A DNA stretch of 32,420 bases from sequence record SRR20825006_2474; one strand, 5' to 3'. Under the pieces are notes generated by a model. It saw only the letters and a program-made list of their open reading frames with translations, was not told the DNA's origin and ran no database searches. This document shows, one piece after another, positions 20,599 through 29,562 of this stretch. A program made the translations under genes and the position numbers. Position 1 is the stretch's first letter. The number at the start of each line of letters is the position of its first letter.

Positions 20599-20612
20599 TG
20601 GTTTCCCTCAAA

Positions 20613-22724
20613 TCACTGACTTTTCGGACGGATAGCATCTGCAGTACCCTGAATAAACGCTTTTATTTTCTCGACATCTATCTCATTCAGCGTTTCGGTA
20701 AAATCAGGCATGCCACGGGAAACGAATGGACCGTGAAACAGGAAGGCGTCCAGGTTTTCAATAACTGATTTCTTTGAGTAGCCCAGGTTTGGAATATTAC
20801 CGCCCTTGTCTACACCAGGAACACCATGACAGAACACGCAATTACTGACGTAGAGAGCCGTGCCTTCTCCAATAAAGTCGGGATTATAGTCAACGCCGGA
20901 AACCAGTGAGTTCAGCTGATACTTGGTGAACTCAGGCATCTCGGCATCACCGTTCAGGACAAACGTATAAACAGTACCGGCGGTCTTGAGGTCGGAGGCT
21001 CTCTGGGATTTTCCAAAAACACCGCCCCAGCCTGCTGCAATAGAGACATACTGAGTGCCGTCTACTTCATAGGTTATGGGCGCTGCAATGACGCCGGTAC
21101 CCATTGGGGATTCCCATAGGTGGTCACCCGTTTGCGCGTTGAACGCCATAAAGCGAGCGTCTGCGGTTCCCTGAAATACCAGATCGCCGGCCGTTGTCAG
21201 GGTTCCGCCGTTCCAGGGAGAGACGTGCTCGTAACGCCAGGCTTCCTGCTGCGTAACGGGATCCCAGGCTGTAAGTCGCCCGAATGGCTTGCTTGATGGT
21301 GGCGCTACGTTGAGTTGGAAAGCGGTGTTCCAACCTATGCCACTCATGGGTTGTCCCGGCTCATTGCTTTCTATGCTTTCCCAGGAGGGGTCCTCGACCA
21401 TTGTGATAGGGATGTGCTGAGACGGGAAGTAGGCCAGGCCGGTTTGGTGATTAAAAGACATTGAGTGCCAATTATGGCCACCAAAAGGCCCAGGGACGAT
21501 ATCGAAGGGTTCGTCCATGGATCGTGCTTCAGGAACTTCTATTGGACGACCATTGCTGTCGTATCCCGTGGCCCAATTAACATCGACATAATTGTCGGCC
21601 GATATGAATTCACCGTTTGTCCGGTCGAGAACAAAAAAGAAGCCGTTTTTGGGAGCTTGCATGATAACTTTGCGACGCTCTCCATCAATCGTGAGCTCGC
21701 TGAGAATCATGTCCTGCGTTGAAGTATAGTCCCAGTTGTCCCCGGGCGTTGCTTGGTAATGCCATACGTACTCACCAGTGTCGGCATTGAGAGCAACAAT
21801 CGAGGAGAGATAGAGGTTATCCCCACCTTCCGGACTACGCTTCTTGTGTGACCATGGAGATCCGTTACCCGTGCCGATATATAAGAGATTCAGGTCCGGA
21901 TCAAAAACGATAGAGTCCCATACAGTGCCACCGCCACCGGCCTCCCAGTATTTTCCACTCGGGTCCCAGGTTTTTGCGGCGCGAGCCATGGCCTCGTTTT
22001 CAAACGGTTCGTCCGGATTTCCCGGCACAGTATACCAACGCCATTTCTGTGCCCCGGTTTTGGCGTCGTAAGCTGTGATGTAGCCCCTGACTCCAAATTC
22101 GGCCCCACCATTGCCTATGATCACGTTGCCATTAACAATCCGAGGTGCGCCGGTAATCGTGTAGCTCATGCCGTTGTCGGGCAGAGTATTCGTTTCCCAA
22201 ACTTTTTCGCCGGTTTTTGCATCAATGGCGATCAGTCGACCATCGTAGGATGCAACATAGACATTTCCGTAGTGCACTGCCACGCCACGGTTTACAACAT
22301 CACAGCAACCCCTGGAGCCCGCCTCCCCAGGTACTTCAGGGTCGTAGGTCCAGAGTTTTTTGCCGGTCTTTGCATCAAGTGCATGTACAATGCTCCAGGA
22401 GGCAGAGACATACATCACGCCATCCACAACAAGTGGAGTGGCCTCGACACCTCGCTCAGACCCAAGGTTGTAGGACCATGCAAGCCCGAGGTTTTCGACA
22501 TTGTCCGCCGAAATTTGGGAAAGAGGGCTAAAGCGCGTCTCCGCATAATCAAAACCATGGGTGGGCCAGTCCTTGCCGGTTTTGGCATTTTCAATGATAT
22601 AGCTTTGGTTAACCTGATCGGCGGCAATAACGGTGCTGGCTCCGATTACTAAAAATGGAACTAATACCCTACTTATCGCTTTTTTTGTGAAACGGTTTTT
22701 GTAGTGACTATTAATCAGCTTCAT
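20613..22724 (-). CDS. Type II quinohemoprotein alcohol dehydrogenase (PQQ + heme c; QbdA-like)
   Basis: Signal peptide, CCDVVNRG vicinal cysteines, PQQ beta-propeller repeats, C-terminal CVFCH heme motif. WDYTSTQD lacks the extra Asp of lanthanide enzymes, so Ca-type is predicted. Confidence 0.93.
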   Translation of the reverse strand: MKLINSHYKNRFTKKAISRVLVPFLVIGASTVIAADQVNQSYIIENAKTGKDWPTHGFDYAETRFSPLSQISADNVENLGLAWSYNLGSERGVEATPLVVDGVMYVSASWSIVHALDAKTGKKLWTYDPEVPGEAGSRGCCDVVNRGVAVHYGNVYVASYDGRLIAIDAKTGEKVWETNTLPDNGMSYTITGAPRIVNGNVIIGNGGAEFGVRGYITAYDAKTGAQKWRWYTVPGNPDEPFENEAMARAAKTWDPSGKYWEAGGGGTVWDSIVFDPDLNLLYIGTGNGSPWSHKKRSPEGGDNLYLSSIVALNADTGEYVWHYQATPGDNWDYTSTQDMILSELTIDGERRKVIMQAPKNGFFFVLDRTNGEFISADNYVDVNWATGYDSNGRPIEVPEARSMDEPFDIVPGPFGGHNWHSMSFNHQTGLAYFPSQHIPITMVEDPSWESIESNEPGQPMSGIGWNTAFQLNVAPPSSKPFGRLTAWDPVTQQEAWRYEHVSPWNGGTLTTAGDLVFQGTADARFMAFNAQTGDHLWESPMGTGVIAAPITYEVDGTQYVSIAAGWGGVFGKSQRASDLKTAGTVYTFVLNGDAEMPEFTKYQLNSLVSGVDYNPDFIGEGTALYVSNCVFCHGVPGVDKGGNIPNLGYSKKSVIENLDAFLFHGPFVSRGMPDFTETLNEIDVEKIKAFIQGTADAIRPKSQ

Positions 22725-22763
22725 TTCTATGTCCTTTCGTTTTTATTACTGTTTTATAAGATT

Positions 22764-23687
22764 TTAAAACGCCTTTAGAATCCGAAAGTTGAGTCGATGT
22801 TGTTCTTTAAATCCATTTTCTACGGACAAATCGCTTCCATAATTTGCGATTAGTTGCAGTCCCGGATTCGCAAACCATGCCGTACCGATTGTCATTTTGG
22901 TGGTGGCAAGGTCATTGTCCTGGTTAATATCATTTATCTGTGTCTCACCGCCGAAAGTATGAGAAATACCGGTGCGAAGGTCCCATTGCGGCGTTACGTT
23001 ATAACGCAGGAAGCCTTGGAGCTGATACAAGGGGTCCTGTTCCAGAGTGGCCTTGGAGGCACCGAGTTCGTCATTCTTGCCGAAAAAAGTGACGTCACCA
23101 ACCAGGTCTAATGAGATGTTAGAAGTGAGACCAGTTATGTAACCCGCCTGTAATGTATGTTTCCACCGGTTTTCGCCAAGATTTAATGTGTCATTTCGAT
23201 CGTAACTCCCTACCGGAACATACAGGAACGGAGTAATGCCGAAATAGGTGTTACTTTCGGGCTCGTTTACAAGCCAAACTGTCGCCGCAAGTATCAGGTC
23301 GCCGATGCCACTGGTGTCACCAAGGGAAGAGGTATCGTCTTTTCCTTCCACCTTGCCAAATGGGAGGAGAAATTGAGGGTCTACTGTGTAACCGCCAATT
23401 TCAGTGAAATGCACCCCACGCAGGATTCCTACCTGTGAGTCTAATCCAGCATTAATGGGCGCTTTGTCGCCATCCGAGTAGAGTGAGTCTGCAGTGGCGT
23501 ATTGATAGTAGACCATTCCAAGATTGGTTCCGGCGGGCAGTGCCGTGTAATCCCCGGCATCAACGTCAATAGCTACTGCATTACCGGAAGTCAGCAACAT
23601 GGTGGTTAATCCAACAGAAGCGACGCTGAAATTCCCCTTTCTGGAACCGAGTAAACTTTTTTGCTTATAGTTTGATACAGATGACAT
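22764..23687 (-). CDS. Outer-membrane beta-barrel channel (QbdB/SphA, MetA-pathway family)
   Basis: Signal peptide, IDVDAGDYTALPAGTNL, GIGDLIL, PVGSYD...NLGENRW, terminal Phe. Directly upstream of the ADH, as in qbdBA. Confidence 0.82.
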   Translation of the reverse strand: MSSVSNYKQKSLLGSRKGNFSVASVGLTTMLLTSGNAVAIDVDAGDYTALPAGTNLGMVYYQYATADSLYSDGDKAPINAGLDSQVGILRGVHFTEIGGYTVDPQFLLPFGKVEGKDDTSSLGDTSGIGDLILAATVWLVNEPESNTYFGITPFLYVPVGSYDRNDTLNLGENRWKHTLQAGYITGLTSNISLDLVGDVTFFGKNDELGASKATLEQDPLYQLQGFLRYNVTPQWDLRTGISHTFGGETQINDINQDNDLATTKMTIGTAWFANPGLQLIANYGSDLSVENGFKEQHRLNFRILKAF

Positions 23688-23731
23688 AGTGCAGCCTCTT
23701 ATTAGTTTTGTTGGTATTGCACTCGACGTGA

Positions 23732-23747
23732 AGCAATCAATATGCCA
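23732..23747 (-). promoter_or_regulatory. Sigma-54 (-24/-12) promoter of the channel-ADH-ALDH operon
   Basis: Minus strand reads TGGCAT-ATTGA-TTGCT, with exact consensus spacing. It lies 45 nt upstream of the channel ATG, next to a divergent sigma-54 activator gene. Confidence 0.85.
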
Positions 23748-23896
23748 GATCGATTGCTCCTTAGGAAATTATTATGAAACAATTACTTATGCGGCTTTAT
23801 AGCATCTATGTTTTAGTTTTTGGAAAAAAGTGGATCGTTTCAATACACTAAAATTGGATGGTTGAATAAAAAAAATACAGAGTGGTGGGTGTCCTT

Positions 23897-25780
23897 ATGC
23901 ATAAAAAGATCGTTGATCTGAACACTCAGGTCCAGCAAGCCCGTGAGTTGTTTGACGAAGGGCATGTTGTACCGTCCCAGTGGGTGCGGGATGAGGTTTT
24001 GCGCTCTTGGCTAAGATGCAGAAAACATGGCGTGTCCCCCTCTGGTCAGCTCTTACTTGAGGCCGCGCAATTCGACCAGATTTCTTATATCCGCAATCAA
24101 CATCAGCGTCTCATGACATTTGCCGAGCCTGAAATGCATCGGTTGTTTCGTGCAATCAGTTCTGCAGGTTGGGTTTTGGCGTGTCTGGAAAGAGAAGGCC
24201 GCAGCATTAAATATTTCGGCAATGACAGTCCCTGCTACGAATTGCTGGGAGCCGCTTTGAATCCTGGTATGGACCTTTCAGAGGATATAGCTGGAACCAA
24301 TGCTCCCGGTTGCGCTTTGATAGAAGGCAGGCCTTCGCTTGTGTGTGGAAGTGAGCATTTCTTGCATTCTTTCCGCGATCTATCCTGCGTGGCAGTGCCC
24401 ATTTTTGACCCTGCAGGGACGCTGGTCGGGGCTTTGAATGCTTCGAAACCTTATGATGGCCGACCGGTCGGGATTCTTGAAGCAGTTGCGCTCGCAACTC
24501 GGTCTGTTGAGAATCGAATGGTCGACGATTTGCGTGGCGCCTTGGTCCTCGCCCTTCACTATCGCCCGGAGCTTACACAGTCACCCATGCGTGGGTTGAT
24601 ACATTTCGGCGAGGATGGTGAAGTTTTAGGTGCAAACCCCTCGGCCAGACAGATGCTGGATCTCGAGTCTCTCGAGAAGACGCAGAGTCAGGTCTGTTTC
24701 AAAGACTTATTTTCATGTCGCGCTGCCGAGATCGAGGGATCACAACAAAGCCCTGTTGAGGTGGAATGTCACAATGGGGCAAGGCTTTTTCTTAAGGTTG
24801 AAAGTCTTCGGAAAGGGCTCGTGAGCGTCAAATCGACGCCACCGCAAAGACGGCCGGACATCAGTCAGTCTTTTTATGTGGGCGAGCCAACAAAACCACT
24901 TTTTGACAAGGCGCATCGGGCCTTTCAGTTTGGAGTTCCGGTTCTGGTGACTGGGGAAACCGGAACAGGCAAAGAGGTTTTAGCGCGCTCGCTACATGCC
25001 AATGGGCCTTCTTCAAAAGGCGCGTTTGTTGCCGTGAACTGCTCGGCTATTCCTGCCGGCCTGATAGAATCAGAGTTGTTTGGCTATGCAGACGGCGCTT
25101 TTACTGGTGCCCGACGTGGGGGTGCCAAGGGGAAATTTGAGGAAGCGAACGGCGGTACGCTCTTCCTGGATGAAATAGGCGATATGCCGGTAGAATTTCA
25201 AGCACGGTTGTTACGTGTTTTGCAAGAACGCATTGTCACCAGGCTTGGAGAAGAGAAGTCTCGGCCCGTCTCGTTTTCTCTGGTCTGTGCGACACATCGG
25301 AACCTTGATGAGCTTATGGAGAGTGGGGACTTTCGGAGCGATCTTTACTACCGAATCAATGGCCTCAGGGTGCAGCTCCCTGCTCTGCGGGAGCGTGAAG
25401 ACCTCGATGCTTTAATTGATCACTTGCTGGCATCAATGTCACAGGAAGATTCCCCGCCAATTCTGACAGCTGAGGCTCGTAATCTCTTAAGGCACCATTC
25501 GTGGAGAGGCAATATTAGAGAGCTCCAGCAGGCACTGAATCTTGGCCAGGCGCTTTCTACTCAGGGAATTATCGATGTTGAGCACTTGCCCGAGGACATC
25601 AAGGCCAAAAATGATACTGCGGATGTGGACGTAGGCGAGGGCGGCACACTCGCCGCTGCGGAGCGCCAAGCGGTGCGATGTGTGCTCGAGAAACACAATC
25701 ACAACGTCAGTGCCGCGGCTCGAGAATTAGGAATAACACGAGCCACTCTCTATCGGAAAATTAAACATTTTGGCCTCTGA
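23897..25780 (+). CDS. Sigma-54-dependent activator, GAF-AAA+-Fis HTH (AcoR-like)
   Basis: SWLRC and AGTNAPG (GAF region), [46 protein letters not shown]. Alternative GTG start at 23882. Confidence 0.93.
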   Translation: MHKKIVDLNTQVQQARELFDEGHVVPSQWVRDEVLRSWLRCRKHGVSPSGQLLLEAAQFDQISYIRNQHQRLMTFAEPEMHRLFRAISSAGWVLACLEREGRSIKYFGNDSPCYELLGAALNPGMDLSEDIAGTNAPGCALIEGRPSLVCGSEHFLHSFRDLSCVAVPIFDPAGTLVGALNASKPYDGRPVGILEAVALATRSVENRMVDDLRGALVLALHYRPELTQSPMRGLIHFGEDGEVLGANPSARQMLDLESLEKTQSQVCFKDLFSCRAAEIEGSQQSPVEVECHNGARLFLKVESLRKGLVSVKSTPPQRRPDISQSFYVGEPTKPLFDKAHRAFQFGVPVLVTGETGTGKEVLARSLHANGPSSKGAFVAVNCSAIPAGLIESELFGYADGAFTGARRGGAKGKFEEANGGTLFLDEIGDMPVEFQARLLRVLQERIVTRLGEEKSRPVSFSLVCATHRNLDELMESGDFRSDLYYRINGLRVQLPALREREDLDALIDHLLASMSQEDSPPILTAEARNLLRHHSWRGNIRELQQALNLGQALSTQGIIDVEHLPEDIKAKNDTADVDVGEGGTLAAAERQAVRCVLEKHNHNVSAAARELGITRATLYRKIKHFGL

Positions 25781-25936
25781 GGTAATTCGTGGACTAGCCC
25801 GAATTTCTCATGAGGGGATAAAACGCGCCGCTCTTTTCACCGAGTAAGCGCCTGGGCATTACAGTTTGTCAGGTGTATCCGGCTTCTAGTTGTGGGGCAT
25901 TAGCTTGGCTGTGCCGGTCGTTGTCCGCCCATTCCA

Positions 25937-26027
25937 AATGTCCGCTTTGCGACCTCAGCGTGCTTTATTTCCGAATAGCGGATTAGGCAGGCCCCTATCT
26001 GAAAAGGTCCGCTTTGTGGTCATAGCG
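25937..26027. repeat. Two GTCCGCT-N10-AGCG imperfect palindromes
   Basis: GTCCGCT-TTGCGACCTC-AGCG and GTCCGCT-TTGTGGTCAT-AGCG, in intergenic DNA after the activator gene. Confidence 0.6.
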
Positions 26028-26200
26028 AAGAAGTTGGACCCGACACCGGCCCCACAACTGTGTGAAACGGCGGCTAAATTAGTTGAGCCGATCATTTGGA
26101 AATATTTTCTTTGACGGGTCTTTCGTCGGCACAGCAGGCTATTTAAAATGCGCGTCGTCTCGGCCGAAGTGGAAAGGAATCAACAACAGAAGTGGACACC

Positions 26201-26270
26201 AGGCCTCTCCCCGGCGAGTCACACCACTTGGCAGGTGTCGCGTTTGCCAGGCATCCTTGCCGGCGTTGAG
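26201..26270. repeat. 70-bp direct repeat, copy 2
   Basis: 63/70 identical to 16925..16994. Confidence 0.9.
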
Positions 26271-26438
26271 CCCTGATCATCCTGATCAAACGGCTCGACC
26301 GCATTGTCTGGTTTTCAGCCGACCGCCTAAAGCGGATAAATCCGAAAGGCGGGTGGGATTTATCCTACAGAGAATACCGGTGACCATTGCCTTTAACATG
26401 ACATTCGGGTGTGTGCTTTTGAGATATAGGGGAAGTCA

Positions 26439-27158
26439 GTGAAGTATTTCCAGCATTCTCTGTTGGCTGTAATGCTGCTTATCGCGTCCGGAGTTGCCAG
26501 TGCAGCCGTGGTCAAGAAGACGTCGTCTGGCATTTGTCATCCACCCGCAAGCCCTTATTACGAACGAACCCAGGATTTTGAGCCTTTTGACTCCGTTGAC
26601 GCTTGCGTAACAAGTGGCGGACGCTTACCAAAGACATTGGTGCAAAACCAATCAACTCAGCCGACGGAGTCCAGCTCAACGTCCTACGCGAGATCAGCAT
26701 TTGGCAATGGGTGGGATGACGCAGATGGCGATTGCCAGAACAGTCGGGCCGAGGCACTAATCGAAACTTCCAGCACTACGGTGCGATTCGCTACAGACAA
26801 AGAGTGTCGAGTCGTCACCGGTCGCTGGATAAGTACCTTCACGGGCAACGTCGTCCAGAACAGTAGCGAGATCGACATTGACCACGTGGTCCCTCTTAAT
26901 TGGGCCTGGAAGCGTGGCGCACAGCTTTGGCCTCAAGCGAAAAGAGAACGGTTTGCAAACGATATGGTCAATCTCTGGCCTGTCGAGCTAAGCCTAAATA
27001 GAAGTAAGGGCGCCCAGGGCCCGGACGAGTGGTTGCCGCCATCTGGAAAGTGCGGATACGTGGCGCGATTTCGCCGAATCGTAAAACAATATGATCTTCA
27101 GCTGTCTCCGGCGGAAGCCAGTTGGACCAAGTCTTTCCTCAATAGGTGTCGCACCTGA
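26439..27158 (+). CDS. Secreted HNH-family nuclease (DUF1524-like) with a small Cys-containing N-terminal domain
   Basis: Signal peptide ending ASA-A, VKKTSSGICH...C..SGGRLPK domain, Ser/Thr linker, then IDIDHVVPL...FAND..NLWPV...NRSKG...WLP. Confidence 0.82.
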   Translation: MKYFQHSLLAVMLLIASGVASAAVVKKTSSGICHPPASPYYERTQDFEPFDSVDACVTSGGRLPKTLVQNQSTQPTESSSTSYARSAFGNGWDDADGDCQNSRAEALIETSSTTVRFATDKECRVVTGRWISTFTGNVVQNSSEIDIDHVVPLNWAWKRGAQLWPQAKRERFANDMVNLWPVELSLNRSKGAQGPDEWLPPSGKCGYVARFRRIVKQYDLQLSPAEASWTKSFLNRCRT

Positions 27159-27206
27159 CCAATTGCTATACTAAGGGTGTAATGATTCGCTCTCAAAAGA
27201 GGCGGT

Positions 27207-27449
27207 ATGAAAAAGAAAAGGTTCACTGAAGAAGAGCTGCTTGACGGCCTGGATCCCTATGCGGCCCATGCGGATGAGCTTGCCGAGCCGCAGGGTAATG
27301 AGCTGACACCTCTGGAACGTTTAAAAGGTTCCGTCCTTCGCTACGAAAGGCCAACTGATCCCGTGTGGGATGAGTGGTTTGAGGCTGAGGGCGTAACGGA
27401 GGATTTTATGGAAAATCGAGATCAGCCGGATAACAAAGAGCAAAAATGA
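27207..27449 (+). CDS. Acidic 80-aa antitoxin-like protein with a VapB-like C-terminal tail and no DNA-binding domain
   Basis: GAGG RBS. WDEWFEAEGVTEDFMENRDQP resembles the enteric VapB C-terminus as I recall it. Confidence 0.7.
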   Translation: MKKKRFTEEELLDGLDPYAAHADELAEPQGNELTPLERLKGSVLRYERPTDPVWDEWFEAEGVTEDFMENRDQPDNKEQK

Positions 27450-27780
27450 TAACCCGTTACATTCCTCTCAGTATGAAAAGTGCCATACCGCTAATATTTT
27501 CAGATCGTTAAAAATACCAGCCTCTGGCTTTTCAGGCCTGCACGGCTCCAAAAACTGACTAATTGCATCAAAGTGGAGCCGACCGTGAAGTTTATTGGAA
27601 CAACTTGCTTGTTTTAGAGAGAAATTGTCCCCAAATTTGTGGGCAAACGCCATTAAACTGGGCTCCACAAGCGTGCATAGACGAACCATCAAGTTCTGAG
27701 GATTCGTCCACTCATTGTCTGAGAAAAGTCCGCGGGAATATTCCGATAATGGAACTCAGAAAAAATTTTCGGGGAAGCCG

Positions 27781-28560
27781 TCACAGCACCCTATCCCCGA
27801 ATAAAGACAGAACTTCTTTCCAGTAATGATTGCTCATGGAGAGTTCAGTTGTTTCCTTCTGCCATGTTTGGTCAGGCCTTGCTGTCCGGGTATCCGTCCC
27901 ATTGACACTGAAGTCCCACTCGGATGCGTCACTGTCTTCGGGTACAACTGCTCGCTCCATAGTGCCATCCGCGTTTTGCCTTGAAGCCCTGGGTGAAAAT
28001 GAAACCACGTTTTGCTCTGGGAGATCGTCGCCAATTCGACGCGCAAACTCTGTCAGGCTGGGTTCCGCGAGTACGTAGAGCCAGCCTCCTATGTCAGAAG
28101 GTTCGCCTGCCTGGCAACGGAGGATTCTGCCGAGAACCTGCCGGAAATGGAGCTCTGTTCGAATTCTACTAAGGTGACAGCATACTTGGAGTCGAGGAAT
28201 GTCGGTTCCTTCACTGATCATCCCTACAGAAATGATCCATCGATCAGAGGAGGTTCTGAAGTTATTGATGACCTCATGAGCTTCCGGAGTCCGGCTCGTC
28301 ACAACAACGGGTTTCTCACCCAAGGCTGAAAACCTGGTCGCTATTTGTTCTGCGTGAACCACGGTGGCTGCTACGACCAACCCGGCCGCAGTAGGAACGC
28401 GCCGCCGAATCTTTGATAGCCTTTTTGATGCCTCAGAAAGCGTATGGTCGATCACCTCATCCCGGAAAAGAAAGTCAGGATAAGTAATATGACCATGCTT
28501 GATCGTTTCTCGGATACTGAAATAAGTTTTGAGGCCGAGCTTTCGGATACGTAGAATTTG
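27781..28560 (-). pseudogene. 5'-truncated SF2 helicase (C-terminal RecA domain only)
   Basis: WIISVGMISEGTDIPRL and FRQVLGRILR (motifs V and VI). The frame is open upstream only to an in-frame TGA at 28561..28563. No Walker A or DExH motif. Confidence 0.75.
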
Positions 28561-28681
28561 TCAGCAGCCGGCCAACGATCAATTGGATAGATAACGGTGT
28601 CTGTTTCGAGTCATCCATATAGGATGGGCTTAGCCAAGAATTTTCGGTAATGCCCGTGTCTAGATCAGTTTGGAGACCGCC

Positions 28682-29152
28682 ATGTCTGAAAAAAAGATGT
28701 TACTTATAGTCGCTCATACTCCCTCTGAAAACACAAAAAGAATGTTGGAGGCGTTGATTAAGGGAGCCACTGATCCCGATATAGACAATGTAGAAGTGCG
28801 GTGTCTGCGCCCCCTTGAAACAGAGCCTGACGATATCAACTCGGCTGATGCGATCGTTATAGGCACGACTGAAAACTTAGGGTACATGGCAGGCCTGATT
28901 AAAGACGTATTTGACCGGTGTTTCTATGGGTGCCTCGAAAAAACTGAGGGCCTACCCTTTGCCTTCTATGTTCGAGCGGGTCGCGATGGAACGGGTACTC
29001 GGAAAGCAATAGAGAGCATTACGACAGGCCTAAAATGGCGGCTGGTGCAAGAGCCTCTAATCTGCCGTGGGGAGTTTCAGGAAGAGTTCATTGACCAATG
29101 TGAGGAGCTAGGATTGTCGATGGCGGCCAGCCTGGAGGCGGGAATTATCTGA
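28682..29152 (+). CDS. Intact flavodoxin-like protein, homolog of the disrupted host gene
   Basis: GGAG RBS, 156 aa. 78/122 aa (64%) identical and ungapped against the rejoined host protein (hand count). Confidence 0.92.
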   Translation: MSEKKMLLIVAHTPSENTKRMLEALIKGATDPDIDNVEVRCLRPLETEPDDINSADAIVIGTTENLGYMAGLIKDVFDRCFYGCLEKTEGLPFAFYVRAGRDGTGTRKAIESITTGLKWRLVQEPLICRGEFQEEFIDQCEELGLSMAASLEAGII

Positions 29153-29562
29153 GGTGACGCGTCGAGCAAAATAGCTAAGCTCAAAGAACAAAAACCTGGC
29201 CCACAATCTTTGAGCTTAAGCTATAAGCTTGCCGGGACGGTGGTTGTTATGACGCAACAATAATCCTGTACTTTGATATCGGTCCACCCAAATAAGGACG
29301 TTCAGAACAACCTTGGCTTCGTTTTCTTGGGTCGAACAGGAACTCGACATTCTCTGGATTGCAGGGATTAAGGTCCACACTATATGTTCTTCGCTGTTGC
29401 GATATACGGACCTGAGCCAGCAGAAGCGGCTCGACAAATATCAGGTTGATCCTGGCGTCCAAATTAGCGCCACGCTAGGATGGCGGCAGTTCAGCGTGGG
29501 TTGACTGTTGATATAAAGAGACTGTGCTTAGAAATAATAATCAACAAATACAAGGAGTTTTA

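Noticed and set aside
20613-22724. Possible lanthanide-dependent alcohol dehydrogenase
   Set aside because: The active-site motif is WDYT, not the D-x-D of XoxF/PedH-type enzymes.
25890-26442. ORFs 25890..26114 and 26083..26442
   Set aside because: Non-ATG starts and no motifs. They run over repeat elements better explained as non-coding.
27161-27170. AATTGCTATA, the reverse complement of left-end 261..270
   Set aside because: A single AT-rich 10-mer is plausible by chance in 32 kb, and the true right end is fixed by the host gene at 32286.
29216-29504. Short ORFs between the flavodoxin and NdpA-like genes
   Set aside because: Possibly a gene remnant, but no family is recognisable.
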